Position numbers and translations under genes: made by a program. A model generated the notes under the pieces. That model did not search any database, had not been told where the DNA came from, and saw only the letters and a list, made by a program, of their open reading frames with translations. Shown here piece after piece: positions 56,057 through 64,000 of a DNA stretch of 64,000 nt (the stretch's first letter is position 1; every line of letters starts with the position of its first letter). The stretch covers positions 64,219 to 128,218 of the forward strand of contig CACCAS010000004.1 in NCBI GenBank assembly GCA_902544065.1. The letters run 5' to 3'. This stretch comes from an uncultured Pelagibacteraceae bacterium. GTDB taxonomy: Bacteria; Pseudomonadota; Alphaproteobacteria; Pelagibacterales; AG-422-B15.

Positions 56057-56485
56057 TTATTTAAGCAAATTTTCTTTTATTAATTGATCAATATAATCAA
56101 ATGTAGATCTAAAAAACTTTTTGTGATCGACTTCGTTTAAGTTCTGTTTAACGGGGTCTTCAATATTGAAATGAAATGTTTTTGGAGCACCCGGCCAGAT
56201 CGGACATGTTTCTTTAGCGGCATTTCCACACACAGTAACGACATAATCCATAGAGGGAGAGTTGGGCTCACCAAATACGTCCCAACTTTTACTATAGAGT
56301 TTCTCAGTCGGTATTTTCATATCATCTAATAAATCGAGTGTTTTAGGATTTATTATTCCTGAAGGTGTGCTACCAGCGCTATAGCCTTTCAGACTTTCAC
56401 TATATTTATAATTGGTAATTGCCTCAGCTATAATGCTTCTGGCTGAATTTTGCGTACATAAATATAAAACATTTTTAATGCTCAT
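56057..56485 (-). CDS. arsC: Arsenate reductase, LMW-PTPase (thioredoxin-coupled) type
   Basis: P-loop CTQNSARS plus downstream Cys pair (VTVCGN, ETCPIW), as in pI258/Bacillus ArsC. Confidence 0.85.
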   Translation of the reverse strand: MSIKNVLYLCTQNSARSIIAEAITNYKYSESLKGYSAGSTPSGIINPKTLDLLDDMKIPTEKLYSKSWDVFGEPNSPSMDYVVTVCGNAAKETCPIWPGAPKTFHFNIEDPVKQNLNEVDHKKFFRSTFDYIDQLIKENLLK

Positions 56486-57168
56486 ATACCAAGAGAATAT
56501 CCAGCAGATCTAATTGTTCTAATTGGGTCGTATTCAAATCCTTCGTTTAATGCTTTTCTTAATCTTCTGATATGAACATCAACTGTTCTAGGCTCGACAT
56601 ATGGACTTGTAGTCCATACATAATCTAATAATTGTTGTCTTGAAAATACTTTACCTTGATTTTCCATTAAAAAACGCAATAAATTAAATTCCGTAGGTCC
56701 AAGACTTATTTCTGTTTTATCCCTGGTGACACGATGCGTTGAAACATCTAATTGAATTCCCTTATAAGTAAGAACTTCATTATAAAAAATAGGTCTTAAG
56801 CGTTTAAGTACTGCTTTAATTCTTGCTACTAACTCATTGACTGAAAATGGTTTTGTTATGTAGTCATCAATTTCAGTTTCAAATGCTCTTAATTTATCTT
56901 CTTCTTCTCCTTTAGCTGTGAGCATAATTAAAGGAATGTTCTTTGTAGTTTTATCTTTACGTACTCGTCTACACAATTCTAACCCAGAAATATTTGGGAG
57001 CATCCAGTCAACAATTATGAGATCGTATTTAATATCACCAAATATACTATCCAATGCGCTATCGCCATCAAAGCATACGTCTACATCAAATCCACTAGCT
57101 GTGAGATTGTATTTTAATAATTCAACTATTGAGACTTCATCCTCAATTACTAGGATTTTAGGTTTCAT
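56482..57168 (-). CDS. phoB: Phosphate regulon response regulator PhoB
   Basis: REC (KILVIEDE, LIIVDWMLP) + OmpR/PhoB winged helix (RTVDVHIRRLRKAL, IRTIRSAGYSL); start chosen at the MKPKIL Met (TAATG junction with phoU); longer ORF reaches 57183. Confidence 0.9.
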   Translation of the reverse strand: MKPKILVIEDEVSIVELLKYNLTASGFDVDVCFDGDSALDSIFGDIKYDLIIVDWMLPNISGLELCRRVRKDKTTKNIPLIMLTAKGEEEDKLRAFETEIDDYITKPFSVNELVARIKAVLKRLRPIFYNEVLTYKGIQLDVSTHRVTRDKTEISLGPTEFNLLRFLMENQGKVFSRQQLLDYVWTTSPYVEPRTVDVHIRRLRKALNEGFEYDPIRTIRSAGYSLGI

Positions 57169-57860
57169 TACACCTTTTCCCACTTAATTCTTTTTTCCGA
57201 CTTACGTTCTAAGGCTTGACCAGTTGTAATGAAGTGAATGTCTTCAGCAATATTTTGAACATAATCTCCTATTCTCTCTATGTTTTTAGCAATCGACAAT
57301 AAGTGTGAACAGCCTGTAATTGTATCTGGGTCTTCTGCCATCGTCTTAAGAAGGTCCCTGTAAATTGATAAATACAATTCATCAATATCGCCGTCTAAAT
57401 CCCAAGCATTAATTGCTAGCGTATCTGATTTTTGAACGAAGGCATCTAAAACATTTTTTATCATTCTTTGAACGTTCTCACCCATATTGACAATTTCTGA
57501 AACCGGCGTGTCGGGCATATTTATTTTTACATTTGCAACTCTTTTAGCAATATTGGTAGCGTGATCACCCATTCTCTCGAGATCGTTTGCAATGCTTAGT
57601 GCCGAAAGTACGGTTCTTAAATCATTAGCAAGCGGTTGCCTCATTGCAATTATTTTGTATGTTAAAGCATCAATTTCCTTTTCTAAGGCATCTATTTTAT
57701 TATCATCTCTTAAAATTTCTTCTGCAAAAGCAGTATCTTTATCACCCAAAGCAACAAGAGAATTGTGAAGCTGTGTTTCAACCAATCCTCCCATTTTAAT
57801 TAATGTACTATTTATTAAATCTAATTGCTCATCATAAGATGAAACTATGTGTTCACTCAT
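57168..57860 (-). CDS. phoU: Phosphate signalling modulator PhoU
   Basis: Two PhoU repeats with the E(R)xGD motif (LERMGDHATNIA, IERIGDYVQNIA). Confidence 0.95.
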   Translation of the reverse strand: MSEHIVSSYDEQLDLINSTLIKMGGLVETQLHNSLVALGDKDTAFAEEILRDDNKIDALEKEIDALTYKIIAMRQPLANDLRTVLSALSIANDLERMGDHATNIAKRVANVKINMPDTPVSEIVNMGENVQRMIKNVLDAFVQKSDTLAINAWDLDGDIDELYLSIYRDLLKTMAEDPDTITGCSHLLSIAKNIERIGDYVQNIAEDIHFITTGQALERKSEKRIKWEKV

Positions 57861-58621
57861 TAACCAAACCTCCCTGTTATATAATCTTGCGTTCTCTGAT
57901 CTGATGGATTTGAAAAGATTGTTTCAGTCTTATCAACTTCAACTAATTTACCTAAATGAAAAAAACCTGTCCTTGATGAAACTCTAGCGGCTTGTTGCAT
58001 CGAGTGTGTAACAATAATTATTGTATATTCTGTTTTAAGATCTGCCATTAATTCTTCAATTCTAGCCGTAGCAATTGGGTCTAAAGCTGAACAAGGCTCA
58101 TCCATTAGAATAATATCTGGATTTACGGATATAGCTCTTGCAATACACAATCTTTGTTGCTGTCCACCCGAGAGGCCTGTTCCCGCATCGTATAATCTAT
58201 CTTTAACCTCATCAAAGAGAGCCGCTTTTTTTAGACTGTTAACAACAATTTCTTCTAAATCAGATTTATGTTCTGCTATTCCATGTATTCTTGGACCATA
58301 AGCTACATTTTCAAAAATAGATTTTGGAAAGGGGTTCGGCTTTTGGAAAACCATACCCACACGTTCTCTTAGTTGTTCAACTTGCATGTCTGGTGCATAA
58401 ATATCGTTGCCATCGATTTCTATTTTTCCTTGTACTTTGCATATATTAATAACATCGTTCATTCTATTTAAGCATCTAATAAAGGTTGATTTACCACATC
58501 CAGATGGACCTATTAAAGCGGTGACTTGTTTTTCTTCCATGTACATGGAAACATCGAAGAGTGCCTGTTTCTCTCCATAATGAACATTTAAGTTGTCCGC
58601 TTTTATTTTTATATTTTTCAT
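57860..58621 (-). CDS. pstB: Phosphate ABC transporter ATP-binding protein PstB
   Basis: [34 protein letters not shown]-terminal [12 protein letters not shown]. Confidence 0.95.
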   Translation of the reverse strand: MKNIKIKADNLNVHYGEKQALFDVSMYMEEKQVTALIGPSGCGKSTFIRCLNRMNDVINICKVQGKIEIDGNDIYAPDMQVEQLRERVGMVFQKPNPFPKSIFENVAYGPRIHGIAEHKSDLEEIVVNSLKKAALFDEVKDRLYDAGTGLSGGQQQRLCIARAISVNPDIILMDEPCSALDPIATARIEELMADLKTEYTIIIVTHSMQQAARVSSRTGFFHLGKLVEVDKTETIFSNPSDQRTQDYITGRFG

Positions 58622-58629
58622 ATTCTATT

Positions 58630-59913
58630 TTACCATTTTGTTTCAAATTTTCTTCTAATTAATACTGCAGCTAAATTCATTAGAATTAAAAATCCAAGTA
58701 ACATCATAATTGTAGCTGAAGTTTTTTCAACATAACCTCTTTCTGCGCTTTCTGACCATAAATAAACCTGAACTGGCAACGAGGCTGACGCATCAAGCGG
58801 CGTTTGTGGAACATCTACAACAAATGCCACCATACCAATTAATAATAATGGCGCAGTTTCTCCAAGTGCTTGAGCAAGACCTATAATTGTACCTGTTAAT
58901 GCACCAGGCATTGCTACAGGAACTACATGATGCATTACTGCTTGCATTTTGGTTGCTCCGACTGCTAATGCTCCTTCTCTTATTGATGGCGGCACCGCCC
59001 TTAATGAGGCTCTAGTTGCAATAATTATTGTTGGTAGGGTCATTAAAGATAAGACTATGCCTCCAACCAGAGGTGTTGACCTTGGCAATCCAAATGTATT
59101 TAAAATAATACCAAGCCCCAATAAGCCAAATACAATAGAAGGTACCGCTGCTAAATTATTAATATTAATTTCAATAAAATCGGTAACTCTATTTTTTGAT
59201 GCAAATTCCTCAAGATAAATAGCTGCAAAAATTCCAATAGGAAAAGACAAAATCAAAACTACCAAAATTGTGAATAAAGAACCTACTATTGAACCTCCTA
59301 CTCCTGCCAGTTCAGGTTCTCGGCTGTCACCCCTCATTAAAAATGGTAGATTGAATTCATAGCTGACAAGCCCCCTATCTACAAGGTCATCAAAAAATAA
59401 AAGTTGAATATCTTTAATTCTTCTTTTGTCTTCATCTAAGTCCCTTGGGTAGTTTCCTTTATTAACCTGATCTACATCGTCGGAGGCAGTTAAATATATT
59501 GTTTCTGTTTCATTTATATTTGACTTATTCGATTTTAAAAATTCTCTTATTTCTTGCTCAAATTCAATACTGAATAATCGTATCAACATTTTCTTATCTT
59601 TTTTCTCTTCAATATCTGGGAAAAGTCCATAAATAGCCTTTTTGGAAAAAGAATACATTGACAGGTTGTTAATATCCTCTGAACTCATTTCAGAAAATTG
59701 TGTCGTGTCTTCAATAAGATTTAAAAAAGGTACATCTACCTGGATAACAGTTCTATAAAATGCTGAATAGCCAGATGAAAATATATTTAGAAATAAAATA
59801 AGCACCCATGCAAGCGCAAAGCTCATTGCACCAATACAATAAATCCTAAATCTTTTCTCTGAATTGAGCCTTTTATTTAAACTATTTATTCTTTGTTCTA
59901 TTCTATCAGTCAT
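58630..59913 (-). CDS. pstA: Phosphate ABC transporter permease PstA (long form)
   Basis: PstA core with the REGALAVGATK EAA loop; long periplasmic insertion after TM1. Confidence 0.9.
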   Translation of the reverse strand: MTDRIEQRINSLNKRLNSEKRFRIYCIGAMSFALAWVLILFLNIFSSGYSAFYRTVIQVDVPFLNLIEDTTQFSEMSSEDINNLSMYSFSKKAIYGLFPDIEEKKDKKMLIRLFSIEFEQEIREFLKSNKSNINETETIYLTASDDVDQVNKGNYPRDLDEDKRRIKDIQLLFFDDLVDRGLVSYEFNLPFLMRGDSREPELAGVGGSIVGSLFTILVVLILSFPIGIFAAIYLEEFASKNRVTDFIEININNLAAVPSIVFGLLGLGIILNTFGLPRSTPLVGGIVLSLMTLPTIIIATRASLRAVPPSIREGALAVGATKMQAVMHHVVPVAMPGALTGTIIGLAQALGETAPLLLIGMVAFVVDVPQTPLDASASLPVQVYLWSESAERGYVEKTSATIMMLLGFLILMNLAAVLIRRKFETKW

Positions 59914-61297
59914 ATCTCTCCGTATATTTTTTTACGACCTGTAAAGCTATAAAATTTAGAGCCAAAGTAACAACGAACAAGGTTAAACCCAAAGCAAAAG
60001 CTGACTGTGTTTTTGGGCTATCAAATTCTTGATCACCGATTAAAATAACAACAATCTGAGTAGTAATTGTAGTTGCCGCATCAAGCGGATTAGCTGTTAA
60101 TTTTGCATTTAATCCTGCAGCCATAACAACAATCATTGTCTCCCCAATCGCTCTTGAGACAGCTAATAGAAATGAACCGACAATACCTGGCAACGCAGCT
60201 GGCAATAATACTTTAACAATTGTTTCCCTTTTGGTTGCTCCCATGGCATAAGAGCCTTCTCTTAAACTTTGAGGTACAGATTTTATTACATCATCAGAAA
60301 GTGATGAAATAAATGGTATTATCATTATTCCCATAACAAATCCCGCAGCTAGAGCGCTTTCAGAAGAAACAGTTAGTCCAGCACCCTGACCGATATCTCT
60401 CACTAAAGGTGCAACAGTTAACGCTGCAAAAAATCCGTATACAACCGTTGGGATACCAGCAAGAATTTCAATAATTGGCTTAGCCCAATCTCTGACTTTT
60501 GGAGAAGCGTATTCAGACATATAAATGGCTGTGAGTAAACCAACTGGGACTGAGACACACATTGCAATTAATGCAATAAGAAATGTTCCAGCAAATAATG
60601 GAACAGCGCCAAATGCATTGGCCAAGTCTCTTGTATCAAGATCTCCAGCTTCTCTTACAAAAACTCTTTGAGGACTCCAATTTAATCCAAATAAAAAATC
60701 GGCTATTGGAACTTGAGAAAAAAAACGCAACGTTTCATATAATAAAGAAAAAATTATTCCAACAGTGGTCATTATAGCGACAAGTGAGCATGTAAAATAC
60801 AAGACTAGTAAAAATTTCTCGACAATCTTTCTAGAATTAAGTTTGTTATTAATATTGAATAATGAGTAAAGAACCAGTAAACCTGACAACCCAAGAACTG
60901 TAACATAAGTTAAATTTTCAATCGTCTTATTAATATAATTTAATTTATTTACAGCACCATCTATAAGAATAGTATTTTCATCAAAAAGTTTTATGCCCAA
61001 TGCAGTGTTTTCGATTTGGGTAAATAATAAACTTAGTTCTGTTTCTGTATAACTGCCAAGTGCTATGAAATCACTTAATACATATTGCTCAATAAAAAAT
61101 GATTTAAACGAAGTAATCATCAACAGTATCAATAACGCCGGCACAAGAGCCCATAGAGCTACGTAGTACCCATAATAATGACTAAGTGATTTAAGATTTT
61201 TTTGATTTGAAGTCCTAAGATTTTTTGCTCTTAAATTTCCTAGAAAATAGCTGGTGATACCAATTAGAATAATTAAAGAAATTAATATAAATCCCAT
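59906..61297 (-). CDS. pstC: Phosphate ABC transporter permease PstC (long form)
   Basis: EAA loop REGSYAMGATKRETI, multiple TM; 8-nt overlap with pstA. Confidence 0.9.
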   Translation of the reverse strand: MGFILISLIILIGITSYFLGNLRAKNLRTSNQKNLKSLSHYYGYYVALWALVPALLILLMITSFKSFFIEQYVLSDFIALGSYTETELSLLFTQIENTALGIKLFDENTILIDGAVNKLNYINKTIENLTYVTVLGLSGLLVLYSLFNINNKLNSRKIVEKFLLVLYFTCSLVAIMTTVGIIFSLLYETLRFFSQVPIADFLFGLNWSPQRVFVREAGDLDTRDLANAFGAVPLFAGTFLIALIAMCVSVPVGLLTAIYMSEYASPKVRDWAKPIIEILAGIPTVVYGFFAALTVAPLVRDIGQGAGLTVSSESALAAGFVMGIMIIPFISSLSDDVIKSVPQSLREGSYAMGATKRETIVKVLLPAALPGIVGSFLLAVSRAIGETMIVVMAAGLNAKLTANPLDAATTITTQIVVILIGDQEFDSPKTQSAFALGLTLFVVTLALNFIALQVVKKYTERYD

Positions 61298-61320
61298 ACT
61301 TCACCATAATGCTTATTCAA

Positions 61321-61351
61321 CAACTGAGACAAGCATAACTTGCCTCAGTTG
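61321..61351 (-). promoter_or_regulatory. Intercistronic stem-loop between pstS and pstC
   Basis: CAACTGAG/CTCAGTTG 8-bp stem extended by CAAG/CTTG after a 1x1 mismatch, 5-nt loop; 18 nt after the pstS stop, no U-tract. Confidence 0.5.
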
Positions 61352-61368
61352 TGGATTAATCAAGTCTT

Positions 61369-62442
61369 TTAGTCTAGATCGAGTGTTTCTAAGTTAGCAA
61401 CTCTTGATCTTATATCAGATGCATCACCATCAGATAATGCAACTAAGCCGATATCAGTTAGATATCCATCTTCGCCCATTGCATCAGGACTTGTGAAAGC
61501 TTCAAGAAACTCTTCAATTCCTGGCACAACACCTACGTGAGCTTTTTTCACATAGAACTGTAATGGTCGTGCAATTGGGTAAGAATAATCCTGGATACCA
61601 GCAAGCGTTGGCTGAATTCCAGTGATCGAAGCAGATTTAATTTTATCTTCGTTAGCCAAAAGATAGCTGTAACCAAAGTAACCAAATCTTTCTGGATCCT
61701 CTGATAATTTTTGAACTATTAAAGTGTCGTTTTCACCAGCTTCAATAACTCTTCCATCTTCTCGCACTACTGCACATTTTTTCTTTGCCTTTTCACCGGC
61801 ATTTTCCCAAAGTGTGTATGCGCCTGCTGCTTTGCAACCTTTTTTCATAATAAGTGAATTCCAAGCATCTCTTGTACCAGATGTCGGCGGTGCAACTAGG
61901 ATTTCAATTTTATGATCAGGTAATGAAGCATCAATGTCAGACCATTTTTCATATGGGTTATCAATTAAATTTCCAGCAATGACATTACCCTCGCCATCTT
62001 TTGCAACATTAGCGGGTACTTTTTCTGCAATTGCTAAAAATAAATGCTCTTGCGTAAAGTCTGCATCGGCAGCATCTAAGCTATGAGCAAGTGTCAAGCC
62101 GTCATTACCAATTGTAATTTCAATTATATCAGTAACGCCATTTTTAGCGCATAATGCCTTTTCTTTACTTTTAATTTTACGAGACGCATTGGTAATATCG
62201 GGGTGATCGGTACCAACTCCAGCACAGAATAATTTCATTCCACCGCCCGTACCAGTACTCTCAATCACTGGTGTATTAAATCCAGTCTTACCAAATCTCT
62301 CAGCAACTACGGTTGCATAAGGGTATACAGTGGACGAACCAACGATTTTTATAGTATCTCTAGCTTGAGAACTGAATGTAAAAATTGATGAAGCGAAAAC
62401 TGCAATAATCATTATTTTGATTAATCTCATTATTTTCTCCAT
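61369..62442 (-). CDS. pstS: Phosphate ABC transporter periplasmic binding protein PstS
   Basis: Signal peptide, IVGSSTVYPY and SGTRD motifs; alternative start at 62430 (MRLIK) would place GGAG 8 nt upstream. Confidence 0.9.
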   Translation of the reverse strand: MEKIMRLIKIMIIAVFASSIFTFSSQARDTIKIVGSSTVYPYATVVAERFGKTGFNTPVIESTGTGGGMKLFCAGVGTDHPDITNASRKIKSKEKALCAKNGVTDIIEITIGNDGLTLAHSLDAADADFTQEHLFLAIAEKVPANVAKDGEGNVIAGNLIDNPYEKWSDIDASLPDHKIEILVAPPTSGTRDAWNSLIMKKGCKAAGAYTLWENAGEKAKKKCAVVREDGRVIEAGENDTLIVQKLSEDPERFGYFGYSYLLANEDKIKSASITGIQPTLAGIQDYSYPIARPLQFYVKKAHVGVVPGIEEFLEAFTSPDAMGEDGYLTDIGLVALSDGDASDIRSRVANLETLDLD

Positions 62443-62478
62443 TAAGGTTTAGAATCATCAATAAATTATTTTGACTTG

Positions 62479-62507
62479 GTTACATTTTTATAACAGTTTT
62501 ATTACAG
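62479..62507 (-). promoter_or_regulatory. Pho box upstream of pstS
   Basis: In the pstS sense: CTGTAAT-aaaa-CTGTTAT-aaaa-ATGTAAC, three 7-bp repeats at exact 11-bp phasing, 36 nt before the first ATG; an extra CTGACAT lies 15 nt further upstream. Confidence 0.75.
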
Positions 62508-62523
62508 TTTTATGAATGTCAGT

Positions 62524-63246
62524 TTATTGTTGATAGTTTAAATAACTGTTTTTATTAAGATATTTAAAGGGAAGATAAATTAATGTGAATATAATAACTG
62601 TTAACACAGCCAAATAAGGAATGTGCATTGGAGGAGATGGAAATATATCTAAAAGTGTGTTCGCGGCAGGCGTTATCATTAAATACCAATAATTTACACC
62701 TTTAAAGAATTGAGAAATATAAATATTTAGTCCATAAATTATAGGTAATAAACAAACGGCAAACAAAAGAACTCGTAAAACTGACCACCAGGTTAATTGA
62801 ACCTTCATACATACACAGGCATATATTACACAAAGCAGTAATAAACCATGACCGAAATAATAAGTAATATACTCTGCATCAGGAAATGAGAAATCCAAAT
62901 CTGGTGTAATGATTGCAAGGAAATTTCCACTTAATCCAAAAAAATAACCCACTTCGAAAAAAAATTTAATCTTTGTATACACATATAATCCCATTGATAT
63001 TGCAGCTATATGGCAAATGTGCAATGGCAATACTTCGTAAATAGAATGATCATAAAATATCACTCGATAAAATGGCTTTATTATCTCATGAGAAATTAAT
63101 ATAAAACCAATTAACAAAAAAATTGATCTAGTTACATTTTTATTATTTATAAATCGAACAAAGAAAGGAAATAAAATTGAAATAGTCACAATTGTGAAAA
63201 TTGTTGCCAAATGATGATAACCAAACAAAACAAATTGAGTCGCCAT
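62524..63246 (-). CDS. Polytopic membrane protein (YwaF/TIGR02206-like, LPLHICH motif)
   Basis: About 7 TM, LPLHICH motif; located between phoR and the pstS Pho box; family call from memory. Confidence 0.5.
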   Translation of the reverse strand: MATQFVLFGYHHLATIFTIVTISILFPFFVRFINNKNVTRSIFLLIGFILISHEIIKPFYRVIFYDHSIYEVLPLHICHIAAISMGLYVYTKIKFFFEVGYFFGLSGNFLAIITPDLDFSFPDAEYITYYFGHGLLLLCVIYACVCMKVQLTWWSVLRVLLFAVCLLPIIYGLNIYISQFFKGVNYWYLMITPAANTLLDIFPSPPMHIPYLAVLTVIIFTLIYLPFKYLNKNSYLNYQQ

Positions 63247-63286
63247 ATCTTATTTTAACCAAGATTTGTTAAACTATTATTGCACC

Positions 63287-64000
63287 TTATGAAATGGGTG
63301 CAATAGGCAATTCTACTGAAAATGTACTGCCTTGATTTATTTCACTTTTTATATCTAAATGTCCTCTGTGCTTATTTAAAATATGTTTAACTATGGTTAA
63401 CCCTAAACCCGTTCCACCGATTTCTTTTGATCTTGCTGCATCTACACGGTAAAAACGTTCAGTTAATCTTGCTAGATGTTTAGGATGAATGCCTTCGCTT
63501 TCATCTTTAACGCTGATTTTTGATACAAGTTGTGGAAATAGCTTTTTATTATCACTATAATCAGTTTGCTTTTTGATTTTTTCTGCCAATATATCTATTG
63601 AGCTGTTTAGTTTTCCATATTTAATCGAATTATCTATAATATTTGTAAAGACCTGTACCAACTCATCTTCATTTCCCAATACAAATAAACCCTCACTAAG
63701 TTGATGGTTGACAATTATTTTAATATTCTTTGTCAATGCGTATTCTTTAAGACTTTCAGCCACATTATCTATTGTTTTCAATAAATTAACTTTTTTGGTT
63801 GGATGAATATGCTCATCAGACTCTATTTTAGATACGACAATTAAATCATCTATCAGTCTTTTCATGCGAATTGTTTCTTTATCCATAATACCAAGAAACT
63901 TAGACATAGATTTTTGATCATCTTTTGCTGGACCTCTTATAGTCTCCAAAAAACCCATGATTGTAGCAAGAGGTGTTTTTAGCTCATGACTTACGTTTGC
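63287..64000 (-). CDS. phoR: Phosphate regulon sensor histidine kinase PhoR, C-terminal part (continues beyond window end)
   Basis: The reading frame stays open upstream of the track Met. H-box ANVSHELKTPLATIMGFLETI spans 63940-64000; N-box and G-box GGTGLGLTIVKHI. Confidence 0.85.
   Translation of the reverse strand, partial: ANVSHELKTPLATIMGFLETIRGPAKDDQKSMSKFLGIMDKETIRMKRLIDDLIVVSKIESDEHIHPTKKVNLLKTIDNVAESLKEYALTKNIKIIVNHQLSEGLFVLGNEDELVQVFTNIIDNSIKYGKLNSSIDILAEKIKKQTDYSDNKKLFPQLVSKISVKDESEGIHPKHLARLTERFYRVDAARSKEIGGTGLGLTIVKHILNKHRGHLDIKSEINQGSTFSVELPIAPIS

Noticed and set aside
63287-63958. Met at 63958 as the phoR start
   Set aside because: The frame stays open to the window edge, and the upstream codons encode the H-box (ANVSHELKTPLATI). 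The gene is therefore truncated by the window, not a 223-aa protein.
1-64000. CRISPR arrays, IS elements, prophage, toxin-antitoxin or known defence systems
   Set aside because: No regularly spaced repeats, transposase/integrase-like ORFs, reverse transcriptases or nuclease-ATPase defence pairs were recognised among the translated ORFs.

Overview
AT-rich (roughly 30% GC by eye), extremely gene-dense window with almost no intergenic DNA. This fits a streamlined marine alphaproteobacterium (SAR11/Pelagibacterales-like), and the ntrYX-trkA-dat-hflX and mfd-sdhE/recG gene orders are alphaproteobacterial. All protein calls come from motifs I recognise in the supplied translations; no database search was run. 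Layout: (1) 1-33.7 kb is mostly housekeeping. It holds ntrYX, trkA, hflX, a small glycosyltransferase islet, tatD-metG-holB-tmk-dac-rlpA-lytic transglycosylase, a CBS/CGL reverse-transsulfuration pair, tRNA-Ser(UGA), a GMC oxidoreductase, yajQ, a CoA-transferase, a strikingly short mfd, sdhE, recG and an amidase. (2) 33.7-38 kb is a block of uncharacterised membrane or lipid-type genes: three tandem paralogues, an Mpo1-like protein, two MAPEG-like proteins, a thioesterase and VanZ. It also contains a GC-rich intergenic element encoding either a 32-codon ORF or a structured RNA, ending in the only strong intrinsic terminator seen. (3) 38-64 kb is a phosphorus-scavenging island. It holds an SDR/PdxH-like/phnX operon and a PhnZ-like HD oxygenase coupled to a Cys-phosphatase. 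It also holds phnCDEE behind tandem Pho boxes, three unknown genes (two secreted proteins and an MFS transporter), phnF, phnGHIJKLN, a 2H-phosphoesterase in place of phnP, and phnM. It ends with an apparent 8-gene pstSCAB-phoU-phoB-arsC-aquaporin operon behind a clear Pho box, then a membrane protein and partial phoR. The C-P lyase and Pst parts are well-known biology. The best candidates for undescribed biology are the orphan phosphonate modules: phnX with oxidoreductases but no phnW, and the PhnZ-like oxygenase with a phosphatase but no phnY. The uncharacterised genes embedded in the island and the small ORF/RNA element at 37.1-37.3 kb are further candidates. No CRISPR array, IS element, prophage or recognisable defence system was seen.
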